In this document: positions 20,210 to 31,008 of the stretch, one piece after another
Numbering within the stretch: the first letter of the stretch is position 1
Layout of the letters: each line of letters starts with the position of its first letter
Assembly (NCBI GenBank): GCA_040755455.1
Contig: JBFMAY010000043.1
Span: 1-36,816 of the forward strand
Origin: Thermodesulfobacteriota bacterium
GTDB lineage: Bacteria > Desulfobacterota > Desulfobulbia > Desulfobulbales > SURF-16
Direction: 5' to 3'
Length of the DNA: 36,816 nucleotides
Notes under the pieces: model-generated
Databases searched by the model: none
Told to the model about the DNA's origin: nothing
The model's input: only the letters and a program-made list of their open reading frames with translations
Program-made: the position numbers and the translations under genes

Positions 20210-22063
20210 TTACTGCCCGGCAAAGGAGACATGGCATCTCTCCTGCACGTAGGTAAAGAGCGAGCTGGCCCCCTCTTCGGCGCCCATCATATCACGGCGC
20301 AGGGGGGCGAATATCTGCCGGCCCAACCCGCTGCGGTGCGCCTCAAGCAGGGCATCGGCATAGTCACGCTGAGCAAGTTCCTCCCGGCTTACCAGTAACT
20401 CGAGCACACCCCGGCCGGCATCGATACGGATCATATCCCCGTCCCGCACCTTGGCCAGCACCCCCCCGCAAAAGGCCTCCGGTGTCACATGGATTGCCGC
20501 CGGCACCTTGCCGGAAGCCCCGGACAATCTGCCGTCCGTAACCAAGGCAACCTTGAAGCCGCGGTTCATCAGAACCCCCAGGGGGGTTATCAGCTTGTGC
20601 AGCTCCGGCATGCCGATGGCCTGGGGTCCCTGGAAACGGACCACCGCCACCAGATCCCGGTCAAGCCTGCCCGCCTGGAAGGCCTCTGCCAGTTGTGACT
20701 GATCGTCAAAAACCATGGCCGGCGCCTCAACCACCGTTCTTGCTCCGTCGGCCAGGGGCGCCGTCTTGATGACGGCCCGGCCGAGATTGCCGGCCACCAC
20801 CTTCAGGCCGCCGCTTGTGTCAAAGGGACTGGTGACCAGTGCGATCACCTCCGGGTTTACAGGTCGCGCCGTCTCCTGCCGATAGGCCAGCGTATCACCG
20901 TGCAGTTCGGCAGCCCTGGCGTAGCGCGCAAGTCCATGACCGGCCACGGTGGCGACATCCTCATGCAGATAACCGCCCTGCAGCAGCTCGCCGATAAGCG
21001 CGGGCATGCCGCCGGCCGCCTGGAAACCGTTGATGTCCTCCGGTCCGTTGGGATAGATCCTGGCCAGCAGCGGCACCACCTCGGACAAATCGGCAAAGTC
21101 ATCCCAGTTAATTCTGACCCCGGCCGCCCGGGCAATGGCCACCAGATGCAAGGTCTGATTGGTGGAGCCGCCGGTGGCCAGCAGGGCAACGATGGCGTTG
21201 ACCATGGCCTTTTCACTGACCACCTGGGCAATGGGGGTGTAGCTGTTGCCCAGGGAAGTGAGTCCGACAACCTGTCTGGCCGCTTCCCTGGTAAAGGCGT
21301 CCCGCAACGGGGTGCCGGGGTTGACAAAGGAGGCGCCGGGCAGATGCAGACCCATCACCTCGGCCAGCAGCTGGTTGCTGTTGGCCGTGCCGTAAAAGGT
21401 GCAGGTGCCGGCCGTATGATACGAGCGGCATTCCACCTCAAGCATCTCCCCCCGGCCTATTTCGCCCGCGGCGAAACGTTCGCGGGCCCTGGCCTTCTCC
21501 CGGTTGGCAATGCCGGTGGGCATGGGCCCGCCGGGCACCAAAATCATGGGCAGATGGCCGAACTGCAGGGCGCCCATCAGCAGTCCGGGCATGATCTTGT
21601 CGCAGATACCGAGCAGCAGCGCCCCGTCAAAGAGATTGTGCGACAGGGCGATGACCACGGACAGGGCGATGACGTCCCGGCTGATGAGGCTCAGATCCAT
21701 GCCTGCTTCACCCTGGGTGATGCCGTCGCACATGGCCGGCACGGCGCCGGCGACCTGGGCCACCCCCCCTGCCACGGCCACACTTTCTTTGAGCAGCTGC
21801 GGGTAGGTCTCATAGGACTTATGGGCTGACAGCATATCGTTGTAAGAGGTGATGATGGCGATGTTCGGCGCATCGGTGTTGCGCAGGAGATTATTTTCGC
21901 TGCTGCTGCACACCGCCAGGCCGTGGGCAAGATTGCTGCACGGCAGGAAATGGCGGGCCGGCCTGTTTTGTCTTGCCTCCTCGACCCGCCACAGGTAGCC
22001 TTCCCTGCTCTCTTTACTTCGTTTCACTATTTTCTCGGTGACTGCGCGCACCTTCCTGTTCAT
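20210..22063 (-). CDS. edd: Phosphogluconate dehydratase
   Basis: [44 protein letters not shown] and [10 protein letters not shown] motifs. Confidence 0.95.
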   Translation of the reverse strand: MNRKVRAVTEKIVKRSKESREGYLWRVEEARQNRPARHFLPCSNLAHGLAVCSSSENNLLRNTDAPNIAIITSYNDMLSAHKSYETYPQLLKESVAVAGGVAQVAGAVPAMCDGITQGEAGMDLSLISRDVIALSVVIALSHNLFDGALLLGICDKIMPGLLMGALQFGHLPMILVPGGPMPTGIANREKARARERFAAGEIGRGEMLEVECRSYHTAGTCTFYGTANSNQLLAEVMGLHLPGASFVNPGTPLRDAFTREAARQVVGLTSLGNSYTPIAQVVSEKAMVNAIVALLATGGSTNQTLHLVAIARAAGVRINWDDFADLSEVVPLLARIYPNGPEDINGFQAAGGMPALIGELLQGGYLHEDVATVAGHGLARYARAAELHGDTLAYRQETARPVNPEVIALVTSPFDTSGGLKVVAGNLGRAVIKTAPLADGARTVVEAPAMVFDDQSQLAEAFQAGRLDRDLVAVVRFQGPQAIGMPELHKLITPLGVLMNRGFKVALVTDGRLSGASGKVPAAIHVTPEAFCGGVLAKVRDGDMIRIDAGRGVLELLVSREELAQRDYADALLEAHRSGLGRQIFAPLRRDMMGAEEGASSLFTYVQERCHVSFAGQ

Positions 22064-22076
22064 GTCTCTCTCCTTA

Positions 22077-22799
22077 TTACGGCGCCCAGTAGACCGTCAC
22101 CGGCGACCTGGCCCGGGCCAGGATGTGCCGGATGGGCATTTCGTGCAACACATCCGCTGACAGCGGCGCGGCCGCCAGCGCCGTTTCAAAAATCTTCAGC
22201 TTTTCCTTGCCGGTGATATGCAGCATGATCTTCCGGCAATCGATGAGGGCCGGCAATGTCATGGTCATGCGGTCATGGCTTGCGCTGCCGGGCCGGATGG
22301 CCAGGCACAGCCGGCCGGAATCCATGTCTATCGCCAAGGGAAGGCCTGCCGCGTCCGGGAAAAGGGAGGCGGTGTGACCGTCGTTGCCCATGCCGAGCAC
22401 CAGCACATCAAAGGGCCTTGGAATGGAGCGGATTCTTTTCTCGCAATTCCTCTCTCCTGCCCCGGCCGAGGCATCTTCCGTCTTCAGCCCGACAAATCTG
22501 GCAACGGACGCCCTATTCTGCAACAGATGCCGCCGCACCAGCCCTTCATTGCTGGCGCTGTCTGACGGGTCAACCCATCTTTCATCGGCCAAGGTGACGA
22601 TCACCTTTTCCCAGGGAATAGCGGCCTGGGACAGGGCCTGAAAAAACGGCACCGGGGTTGAGCCGCCGGAGACAACCAGGCTGGCGAAACCCCTTTTTGC
22701 CATGGCCCCGTGGAGAAACGAGGCAATGTCCCCGGCGAGATCAGCGGCCAGGCTCGCGTTGTCAGGAAATCCCCGGAAATTGAGCTGATAATCCCGCAT
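22077..22799 (-). CDS. pgl: 6-phosphogluconolactonase
   Basis: VSGGSTP, DERWV, LGMGNDGHTASLFP and RMTMT motifs; start MRDYQL just after the zwf stop. Confidence 0.93.
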   Translation of the reverse strand: MRDYQLNFRGFPDNASLAADLAGDIASFLHGAMAKRGFASLVVSGGSTPVPFFQALSQAAIPWEKVIVTLADERWVDPSDSASNEGLVRRHLLQNRASVARFVGLKTEDASAGAGERNCEKRIRSIPRPFDVLVLGMGNDGHTASLFPDAAGLPLAIDMDSGRLCLAIRPGSASHDRMTMTLPALIDCRKIMLHITGKEKLKIFETALAAAPLSADVLHEMPIRHILARARSPVTVYWAP

Positions 22800-22806
22800 G
22801 ACGCGT

Positions 22807-24273
22807 CTATTCCTCCCAGGCCCGGCCCTCTTTGGCCAGCAGGGCCACGGCCGCCACCGGTCCCCATGTGCCGGCCGGGTACGACTTGGGCGGTTCGTTG
22901 AGGGATTCCCAGGCATCCTGGATGGAATCAATCCAGGTCCAAGCCTGCTCGACCTCATCACGGCGGATGAACAGGGCCTGATTGCCGCGCATGGCCTCAA
23001 GCAGCAGCCGTTCATAGGCATCCGCCACCCGGTCGATCTTGAAGGCCTCGGAAAAGCTCAAGTCGAGCCTGGTCTGCTGCAGTTTCAGCGACTCGTCAAT
23101 ACCCGGCACCTTGTTTAGCATCATGATTTCCACCCCCTCATGGGGCTGCAGCCGGATGATCAGCTTGTTGGGCGGCAGTTTTTTATAGCTGTCCCGGAAA
23201 ATATTATGTGGAAGCTGCTTGAAATTGATAACCACCTCGGAAACCTTGGTGGGCATCCTCTTGCCGGTGCGCAGGTAAAACGGCACATCGGCCCAGCGCC
23301 AGTTATCGATATCAACCCGGATGGAGACAAAGGTCTCGGTCCGGCTGGCGGTATGGGCATCGTCCTCCTCATTGTAGCCCGGCACGGCGCCGCCTTTGAG
23401 AAAACCGGCGGTGTACTGGCCGCGCACGGTCTTTTCATCGACATTATCCCGGGTGATGGGCCGCAGGGCCTTGAGCACCTTCAGCTTTTCATTGCGGATG
23501 CTGTCGCTTTCCAGGTTAACGGGCGGCTCCATGGCGATCAGGGTGAGAATCTGCAGCAGATGGTTCTGCACCATGTCGCGCAGCTGGCCGGCCTGATCAA
23601 AATAGCCCCAGCGGCCCTCGATGCCCACCTCCTCGGCCACCGTGATCTGCACATGATCAATGGTATTGTGGTCCCAGTTGGTGGTGAAGATGGAGTTGGC
23701 AAAGCGCAGGGCCAGCAGATTGAGTACTGTTTCCTTGCCCAGATAGTGGTCGATGCGGTAAATCTGTTGCTCGGCAAAAACCCTGGCCACCTGGTCATTG
23801 ATCACTTGCGCGGAGGCCAGGTCGTGGCCAATGGGCTTTTCCAATACCACCCTGGTTTCGGCATTGACCAGTCCGGCACTGTGCAGTCCGGTGCAGATGT
23901 CGCCGTAGATGCCGGGGGGCACGGCGAAATAATTGGTCATCACCCTGGCCTGCCGGTCGACGGCACTGCACAGCTTTTGGTATTCCGCGGGCTTTGCCAT
24001 ATCGATATTGACATAGGTCAGCCGGGCGGCGAGGCGCTGCCAGACGGCCTCGTCAAAATTCCACTTGAGAAACTGATCCAAGCTCTCTCTCATCTTGCCG
24101 ACAAAAGATTCGGTCGTTTCATCACGGCGGGCCACGCCGATTATTCTGGTGGCCGCATCGATCAATCCCACCCTTTCCAGATGATACAGGGAGATGATGA
24201 GCTTGCGCCGGCATAAATCCCCCAGCGCCCCGAATATGACGAAATCACACGGCCTGCTTTTTGTTTTCCCCAT
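22807..24273 (-). CDS. zwf: Glucose-6-phosphate 1-dehydrogenase
   Basis: FGALGDL, EKPIG, RIDHYLGKE, DMVQNHL and FYLRTGK motifs. Confidence 0.96.
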   Translation of the reverse strand: MGKTKSRPCDFVIFGALGDLCRRKLIISLYHLERVGLIDAATRIIGVARRDETTESFVGKMRESLDQFLKWNFDEAVWQRLAARLTYVNIDMAKPAEYQKLCSAVDRQARVMTNYFAVPPGIYGDICTGLHSAGLVNAETRVVLEKPIGHDLASAQVINDQVARVFAEQQIYRIDHYLGKETVLNLLALRFANSIFTTNWDHNTIDHVQITVAEEVGIEGRWGYFDQAGQLRDMVQNHLLQILTLIAMEPPVNLESDSIRNEKLKVLKALRPITRDNVDEKTVRGQYTAGFLKGGAVPGYNEEDDAHTASRTETFVSIRVDIDNWRWADVPFYLRTGKRMPTKVSEVVINFKQLPHNIFRDSYKKLPPNKLIIRLQPHEGVEIMMLNKVPGIDESLKLQQTRLDLSFSEAFKIDRVADAYERLLLEAMRGNQALFIRRDEVEQAWTWIDSIQDAWESLNEPPKSYPAGTWGPVAAVALLAKEGRAWEE

Positions 24274-24303
24274 GTACTTTTCTCCCTGATGGTAATTGCA
24301 AGT

Positions 24304-25518
24304 TCAACTCGGCTGCCGGGAAAGAACGTCAATGGTCTGACGGGCTATTTCAAGTTCCTCATTGGTCGGGATCACCAGCACCTTGACGGTATTGCCGGCA
24401 TGCTGCAGTTCCCGGATACCTTTTGTGGTTGCCAGATTTTTCCCCTGGTCAAGATCAACTCCCAGACCCGCAAGGCCTGCACAGACCTTCTCTCTGACAA
24501 TGGCGGCGTTTTCCCCGATGCCGCCGGTAAAAACCAGGGCGTCAACCCGGCCAAGCACGGCCAGGTACGAGCCGATGTATTTTCTGATGCGATAGCAGAA
24601 CATGTCCAGGGCCAGCCCGGCGTGACCGTCACCCTGGATGGCACGTTCGGCAATGCGCCGCATATCGTTATCGCCGCAGATTCCCTTCAGCCCGCTTTCC
24701 TGATTGAGCAGGGCATCAAGCTCCGGCAGTCCCATGCCCGTCTCCCTGGCCAGATAAAAGATAATGGCAGGGTCGAGATCCCCGCAGCGGGTGCCCATGA
24801 TCAATCCCTCAAGCGGGGTCATGCCCATCGAGGTGTCAACGCACCTGCCGTTTTGCACGGCCGCGACGCTGGCGCCGTTACCCAGATGCAGGGTGATGAG
24901 ATTGGTCCGGTCGAAATCCCTGCCCAGATAGGCCGCCGCCTCCTTGGCGACAAAGTAATGGGAGGTGCCGTGAAAGCCGTAGCGCCGCACATGCAGTTTT
25001 TCATACAAACTCCTGGGCAAGGCATACAGATAGGCCTGCTGGGGGATGGTCTGATGGAATGCCGTATCAAAAACCGCCACCTGCGGGACAGCCGGGGCAT
25101 ACTCCCTGGCCACCTGGATGCCGGTCAGGTTGGCCGGGTTGTGCAGAGGGGCCAAGGGAACAAGTCCACGGATCGTTGCCATGACCTCTTCGGTGATGAT
25201 GACCGGCGCGTGAAACTTCTCGCCGCCATGCACCACGCGGTGCCCCATGCCGGCAAGTTCGGAGGTATGGCGGATCACCCCGGTTTCCGCAAGAATCCGG
25301 CCCATCAGATCAAAACCATGACGATGATCAGCCACCGGCATGGACCTTTTGATGCTTTGCCCATCGTCACCCCCGGCCCCCATAACCTTATGGACGATAT
25401 GGCCCTGGGATTCGCCGATCCGCTCAACCATGCCCGAGGCGAGAACCGCCAGGCCGGGCATGGCAAAAAGCCGATACTTGATGGAAGAGCTGCCGGAATT
25501 GAGCACAAGAACCTTCAC
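24304..25518 (-). CDS. ackA: Acetate kinase
   Basis: NSGSSSIK, HRVVHGG, APLHNP, YGFHGTSH, HLGNGAS and TNEE motifs. Confidence 0.96.
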   Translation of the reverse strand: MKVLVLNSGSSSIKYRLFAMPGLAVLASGMVERIGESQGHIVHKVMGAGGDDGQSIKRSMPVADHRHGFDLMGRILAETGVIRHTSELAGMGHRVVHGGEKFHAPVIITEEVMATIRGLVPLAPLHNPANLTGIQVAREYAPAVPQVAVFDTAFHQTIPQQAYLYALPRSLYEKLHVRRYGFHGTSHYFVAKEAAAYLGRDFDRTNLITLHLGNGASVAAVQNGRCVDTSMGMTPLEGLIMGTRCGDLDPAIIFYLARETGMGLPELDALLNQESGLKGICGDNDMRRIAERAIQGDGHAGLALDMFCYRIRKYIGSYLAVLGRVDALVFTGGIGENAAIVREKVCAGLAGLGVDLDQGKNLATTKGIRELQHAGNTVKVLVIPTNEELEIARQTIDVLSRQPS

Positions 25519-27614
25519 GTGGCATCTCCTCCTGACTGGGCCTGGATGGCGCTGATGGCGATGGTGTTGACAATATCAGCCACAGTGCATCCCCGGCTGA
25601 GATCATTGACCGGTTTGTTGAGCCCCTGCAGCACCGGCCCGATGGCCACCGCGTTGGCGGCCCGCTGCACCGCCTTGTAGGTGTTGTTGCCGGTATTGAG
25701 ATCCGGGAAAATAAAAACCGTGGCCCGGCCGGCGACCTCGCTGTTGGGCATCTTGGCTCTGGCCACCCCCGGATCAATGGCCGCATCATACTGGATGGGG
25801 CCTTCCAGTTTGAGATCGGGCCGCTGTTTTCTGGCAATGGCCGCCGCTGCCCGCACCTTGTCCACATCCACCCCCTTGCCCGACTCGCCGGTGGAATAGG
25901 ACATCATGGCGATGCGCGGCTCGATGCCGAACATCAGGGCAGTTTCCGCCGAACTGATGGCGATGTCGGCCAGCTGCTGGGGATTGGGATCCGGATTGAC
26001 GGCGCAGTCGCCGAAAACCAGCACCCGGTCGGCCAGGCACATGAGAAATACACTTGATACAATGGAGCAGCCGGGTTTGGTGCGAATGATTTCAAAGGCG
26101 GGCCGAATAGTATGCTGGGTGGTGTGGACCGCGCCGGACACCATGCCGTCGGCATGGCGGCAATGGACCATCATGGTGCCGAAATAGCTCACATCGGTAA
26201 TGGTATCCTGGGCCATCAGCATTGAAATGCCCTTATGCTTGCGCAGCTCATAATACCTGCCGGCGAATTCCTCCCGCAATGGCGAGTCTGCCGGGTCAAT
26301 GATCCGCGCCGCCTCAAGACGGAGCCCCATGGCATTGATCCTCGCCTTGACCTCCTGGATGTTACCCAGCAGCACCAGGTCGGCCACGCCGCGCAGCAGG
26401 ATGATTTCCGCGGCCCGCAGGATACGCTCATCATTTCCCTCCGGCAGGACGATGCGGCAGCGTTTTTCCCTGGCCCGCTGCAGCAGTTCGTGTTCAAACA
26501 TCAACGGTGTGACCTTGGTGGGACGCGGCATGGCGATGCGCTTTTCCAGGGAGACCAGATCCACCGCCGCCTCCATCAGGCCCAGGCCAGCGGCGATCTT
26601 CCGCTGGTCGCCGGCGACAAAGGTGCCGCTCAGGGCATTAACATTCATTGCCGTGGTGAAGGTGTCGGTTTTCACGCTGAGAATGGGTACGGGAATCCGG
26701 TCGAGTCCCGCGATGAGCCGGCTGACCTGGGGGGCCGGCTCCAGCCCTCCGGTGAGCAGTAGAGCGGCGAGCTGCGGGTAGGTCTTGGACGGATAGGAGA
26801 GAAGGCTGCCAAGAATGATGTCTGAGCGGTCGCCGGGCACAATGATCAGGCTGCCCGATTCAATGTATTCAAGAAAATGTGCCAGCTCCATGGCCGCAAC
26901 CTTGTAATTGCTGATCTGCCGGTGCATCCACTCATTTTCCGCATTGATGCGGACGGCACCGAGGGAATCGGCAATGTTGGACACTGTGGGCTTGGCCAGG
27001 ATGGAACTCTCCGGCACCACATAAAAGAGCACCTTGTCGGACAGCGCTTCATCAAGCTTCTCCGTCACCTCCCCCATCATGGCGGCGGCAACCCTGTTGA
27101 CCACCACGGCAAGAATATCACAGTTGCGGTCCCGCAGAGATTCAATGATAGTGGTCGACCTGTCTACCGCCTCCTGTGCTTCGGCGCAGCGCCCGTTGAC
27201 GACGAACAGCACCATACAGCCGAGATTATTGGCAATATCGGTGTTGAAATCAAACTCCAGGGCCGGGGAGATGTTTCTGAAATCCGTGCCGATGCAGAGA
27301 ATCTGGCTGCACCTGTTTTCAAGGGCCTTGAATTTTTCCAGAATGGCCTTGAGCAGTTCGTTGTATTTGCCGGAGTTGATCAGCTCCCTGGCGCTTGCCG
27401 CCGTGCAGCCGTACATGGACTCATAGGGCACATCAGGCTGGTAGCGTTCCATGATAAAACGCAGGTCAGGGTCAACATGATCCCCAGAGGCAATAAGCGG
27501 CTTAAAACAGCCGACCTTGTGGCCGCTTCTGGCAAAGAGATCCATCATGCCCAGCACCACAAGCGACTTGCCGCTGCCCGCTTCCCCGCTGGCAATGTAT
27601 ATTTTCTGCGTCAT
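25515..27614 (-). CDS. pta: Phosphate acetyltransferase (long form, AAA + DRTGG + PTA domains)
   Basis: N-terminal GSGKS, PGDRSD, and C-terminal DCAVNP, GPIQYDAA and NDLSRG. Overlaps the ackA start. Confidence 0.96.
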   Translation of the reverse strand: MTQKIYIASGEAGSGKSLVVLGMMDLFARSGHKVGCFKPLIASGDHVDPDLRFIMERYQPDVPYESMYGCTAASARELINSGKYNELLKAILEKFKALENRCSQILCIGTDFRNISPALEFDFNTDIANNLGCMVLFVVNGRCAEAQEAVDRSTTIIESLRDRNCDILAVVVNRVAAAMMGEVTEKLDEALSDKVLFYVVPESSILAKPTVSNIADSLGAVRINAENEWMHRQISNYKVAAMELAHFLEYIESGSLIIVPGDRSDIILGSLLSYPSKTYPQLAALLLTGGLEPAPQVSRLIAGLDRIPVPILSVKTDTFTTAMNVNALSGTFVAGDQRKIAAGLGLMEAAVDLVSLEKRIAMPRPTKVTPLMFEHELLQRAREKRCRIVLPEGNDERILRAAEIILLRGVADLVLLGNIQEVKARINAMGLRLEAARIIDPADSPLREEFAGRYYELRKHKGISMLMAQDTITDVSYFGTMMVHCRHADGMVSGAVHTTQHTIRPAFEIIRTKPGCSIVSSVFLMCLADRVLVFGDCAVNPDPNPQQLADIAISSAETALMFGIEPRIAMMSYSTGESGKGVDVDKVRAAAAIARKQRPDLKLEGPIQYDAAIDPGVARAKMPNSEVAGRATVFIFPDLNTGNNTYKAVQRAANAVAIGPVLQGLNKPVNDLSRGCTVADIVNTIAISAIQAQSGGDAT

Positions 27615-27780
27615 TGGTCCCCACCCAGCCTTTCCGGCCTGTTATAGCCTATTGAAATAAAATAAATATTTTTTTTTCCTACGCAGTGTTTTGCCAAAGT
27701 CAGGAGTGCATAAATGAAGAAGTAAGGCAAAAAACAATTTGTGCCTGATTCTTGGCTCCTGGCTTCCGTCTCCCCGCAGG

Positions 27781-28848
27781 CTAAAACCACTTCTTGCGCC
27801 TGAAATAATATCCCATCAGAGAACCGACCAGGAACATGAAAAAAAGAACGGCAAAATAGCCCCAGCGCCATTCCAGTTCCGGCATGTATTTGAAATTCAT
27901 GCCGTACACCCCGGCGATGAAGGTCAGGGGAATAAAGATGGTGGCAATGATGGTCAGAACCTTCATGATCTCGTTCATCTTATTGCTGTTGAAGGATAGG
28001 GCGACTTCATGGAGGCTGGAGAGCATGTCGCGGAATGTTTCGACAATATCGATGGACTGAACAGCATGATCATAGACATCCCGCAGATAATACCTGGTGT
28101 TGTCGGCAACCAGCCATTCATTTTTTTCCAGGCGACTGATGATATCCCGCATCGGCCAGATGGATTTTCTGATAACGGTCATCTCTCGCTGCAGTTCATG
28201 AATCCGGTGAAAGGCCTCGCGGGTATTATTTTCAAGGATTGATTCCTCCAGATCCTCAATGCGGTCGCCGATTTTTTCAAGCAGGGAATAATAGCCGTCA
28301 ACAATGGTATCGAGCAGAGCATAGACCAGGTAATCCGCCTTCTTTTTTCTGATTCGGCCTTTGCCGGTTCTGATCCGCTCCCTAACTGGAGTGAAGAGGT
28401 CAGCGCCTGACTCCTGAAAGGAAAAAACAATATCCGCCGAACAGATGATGCTGATGTGACCGGGCATGACCAGGGTTGTCTGTTCATCATAGATGAGGGA
28501 TTTGACAATGAGAAACAGATAATCGTCCCAGTCGTCAAATTTGGCGCGGTGACCGGTGTTGACAATGTCTTCCAGCACCAGGAAATGGAAATCGAATTTT
28601 CTGCCGAGTTCCTCAATGGCCTGGGGATAATGGATGCCGTTCATATGAATCCAGGTGACTGTGCCGGGACCGGCATCATCGGGAAGATCCTGGACCTGCA
28701 GATACTCCCGTTCGATGCATTCGCCTTCCGCATATCTGACCAACCGGATGGTGCTCGGCTGCTCCTTTTTTTCCCCTACCAGGACCACGGAACCAGGAGG
28801 CAACCCTGATTTCCGGGAAAATTCCTGGAAAATTCTATCTATCATCAT
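27781..28848 (-). CDS. corA: Magnesium/cobalt transporter CorA
   Basis: GLPPG N-terminus; MKVLTII...YGMNF..MPEL.W signature. Confidence 0.95.
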   Translation of the reverse strand: MMIDRIFQEFSRKSGLPPGSVVLVGEKKEQPSTIRLVRYAEGECIEREYLQVQDLPDDAGPGTVTWIHMNGIHYPQAIEELGRKFDFHFLVLEDIVNTGHRAKFDDWDDYLFLIVKSLIYDEQTTLVMPGHISIICSADIVFSFQESGADLFTPVRERIRTGKGRIRKKKADYLVYALLDTIVDGYYSLLEKIGDRIEDLEESILENNTREAFHRIHELQREMTVIRKSIWPMRDIISRLEKNEWLVADNTRYYLRDVYDHAVQSIDIVETFRDMLSSLHEVALSFNSNKMNEIMKVLTIIATIFIPLTFIAGVYGMNFKYMPELEWRWGYFAVLFFMFLVGSLMGYYFRRKKWF

Positions 28849-29164
28849 CTCCCCCGCTGTGAGTAAGCATAATTACATTCTAATAGCTTGCATTGTATTG
28901 AACGGACTTGTCAATTCGGAATTGTGCGTTATGTGAATGGGATAAATGCTCAAGATTGATCATTTCCTTCCCGCCTTCTGCAATTTAAGAAAAGGCCGCC
29001 TTTTTCCCCTGAGAGATTTTTTTTGAAAAATCCGCGCCAATCAGCCTGTGAGAACACCTTATCAATCTGTCTTTTTACTCTTTGTAAAAAAAACATGTGT
29101 TAACATAAAAAAACATGTATAAAAGCATGCGAAGGCAATACCTGCCAAAAAAACTTGTCCTGCC

Positions 29165-30922
29165 ATGAAAAGACACACGACAGACAGCAAAAGTGCGCAT
29201 CCCAAGCAGCCGCACCAGAAATTGATGCAGAGGCTGGCATATTTGATCCGATACAGCCCCAACACGCTCATTATCACCGACACCGGTGGGACGATCGAGT
29301 ATGTCAATACCGTTTTCACCTCCAAAACCGGCCATCAATCTGACGATGTCATCGGCCATCATCTGGAGGATTTCAACCTGCACAATACGCAAAGCATGAC
29401 CGGGTTTTCGTTGACGGCAATAGGCAACGGCGATGTCTGGCAGGGAGAAATCACCAGCTACAGGAAGGACGGCACCTCATTTTTTGAGCACGTTTCCGTG
29501 CTGGGGGTTACCGATGAGCATGACCGGATCTGCTGGATCGCCTTTATTAAACAGGATATCAGCGAGAGAAAAAGGGTTGAGGGAGAACTGCGCGCCCTGA
29601 CCCAAACCTTGGAAGAGCAGATCAGGGAACACAAGGCCACCGAGATTGAGCTGGCCGTGCTGAACCGCCAGAACGAACTGATCCTCAATTCAGTGGACGA
29701 AGGCATTTTTGGCGTGGATGTGGAGGGCAGCATCACCTTTGTCAATGCCACTGCCGAGAAGCTGACCGGTTTTCGCAGCGATGATGTTTTCGGCATCCCC
29801 TACCGGCTATTCTTCCGCCAGATTAATGAAGATGGTTCACGGTTTGACCATTCCCGCTGTCCCATTTCCGCCTCGTTCAAAGACGGCAGAGCTCACCGGA
29901 GCCAGCGTGAGGTTTTTGCCAGGGAGGACGGATCAAGCTTTCCCGTGCGCCTGGTCAGCGCCCCGATCATCGAGGATGCAACCGTGATCGGCGCGGTCGT
30001 CCTGTTTGAGGATATCACGGACGAACTGCGTATCCAGCGGGAAAAGAAGAAGGCGGAACAGCAGTTGCGCGAACTGACGGCCACCCTTGATGAACGGGTG
30101 CAGAAACGCACGGCCCAGTTGAACGCCGCTAATATCGACCTGTTAAACACCCTGGATCAGCTACAGAAAACCCAGGCCCAGTTGGTGCAGTCGGAAAAAA
30201 TGGCCTCCCTGGGCGCACTTGTTGCCGGGGTGGCCCATGAAATCAATACCCCGGTGGGCATCGCCTATACCGCAGCCACCCACCTTGCCAAGGAAACCGG
30301 CGAGGTGCTCACGCTTTACCAGAGCGGGAAAATGAAACGCAGCGATTTCGAGGACTATCTCGCCATGTGCCGGGAATCGACGACCATGCTGCAGTCCAAC
30401 CTGAACCGGGCCGGGGAGTTGATCCGCAGCTTCAAACAGGTTGCCATCGATCAGTCAGGCGAGACAAAACGGACCTTTAACCTGCGTGAATATATCGATG
30501 AAGTCCTGCTGAGCCTCAGGCCGATCCTGAAAAAAACCAGGCACCAGGTGGCGGTCATCTGCGACGAGGGGATTTCCTTGCGCAGCTATCCGGGCGCATT
30601 CTCCCAGATACTGACCAACTTCATCACCAATTCGATCACCCATGCCTATAATGAAGATGATGCCGGCCGGATCTGCCTGCGTGTTTTGCAAACCCCCGAC
30701 ACCCTCAGGCTGGAGTACAGCGATGACGGCAAGGGTATTGCTGAAAACGACCGGGCCCGCATCTTCGAGCCTTTTTTTACCACGAACAGAAAAAATGGCG
30801 GCAATGGACTCGGCCTGCACATTGTTTACAACATCATTACCCAGAAGCTGCACGGCACCATCACCTGCCGGAGTGAACAGGGCAAAGGCACAACCTTTGC
30901 CGTCAGCATCCCCCTGGGGTAA
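29165..30922 (+). CDS. Cytoplasmic PAS-PAS sensor histidine kinase
   Basis: Two PAS domains, a coiled coil, VAHEINTP, NFITNS, DDGKG, FFTT and GNGLGL. Confidence 0.92.
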   Translation: MKRHTTDSKSAHPKQPHQKLMQRLAYLIRYSPNTLIITDTGGTIEYVNTVFTSKTGHQSDDVIGHHLEDFNLHNTQSMTGFSLTAIGNGDVWQGEITSYRKDGTSFFEHVSVLGVTDEHDRICWIAFIKQDISERKRVEGELRALTQTLEEQIREHKATEIELAVLNRQNELILNSVDEGIFGVDVEGSITFVNATAEKLTGFRSDDVFGIPYRLFFRQINEDGSRFDHSRCPISASFKDGRAHRSQREVFAREDGSSFPVRLVSAPIIEDATVIGAVVLFEDITDELRIQREKKKAEQQLRELTATLDERVQKRTAQLNAANIDLLNTLDQLQKTQAQLVQSEKMASLGALVAGVAHEINTPVGIAYTAATHLAKETGEVLTLYQSGKMKRSDFEDYLAMCRESTTMLQSNLNRAGELIRSFKQVAIDQSGETKRTFNLREYIDEVLLSLRPILKKTRHQVAVICDEGISLRSYPGAFSQILTNFITNSITHAYNEDDAGRICLRVLQTPDTLRLEYSDDGKGIAENDRARIFEPFFTTNRKNGGNGLGLHIVYNIITQKLHGTITCRSEQGKGTTFAVSIPLG

Positions 30923-31008
30923 CAGATGGCCGACAATCGCAACTCATCGTCACTTCCTGCCATAGACTTATTTATCGCAACAGACAGAAGATACCCCGGA
31001 GCATTTCC

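Noticed and set aside
24289..25680. Long antisense ORFs (24289-25680, also 1984-2988, 12226-13437, 15433-16539, 20900-21829, 23140-24216, 30826-32160)
   Set aside because: Shadow ORFs opposite well-supported genes in GC-rich DNA, with no motifs.
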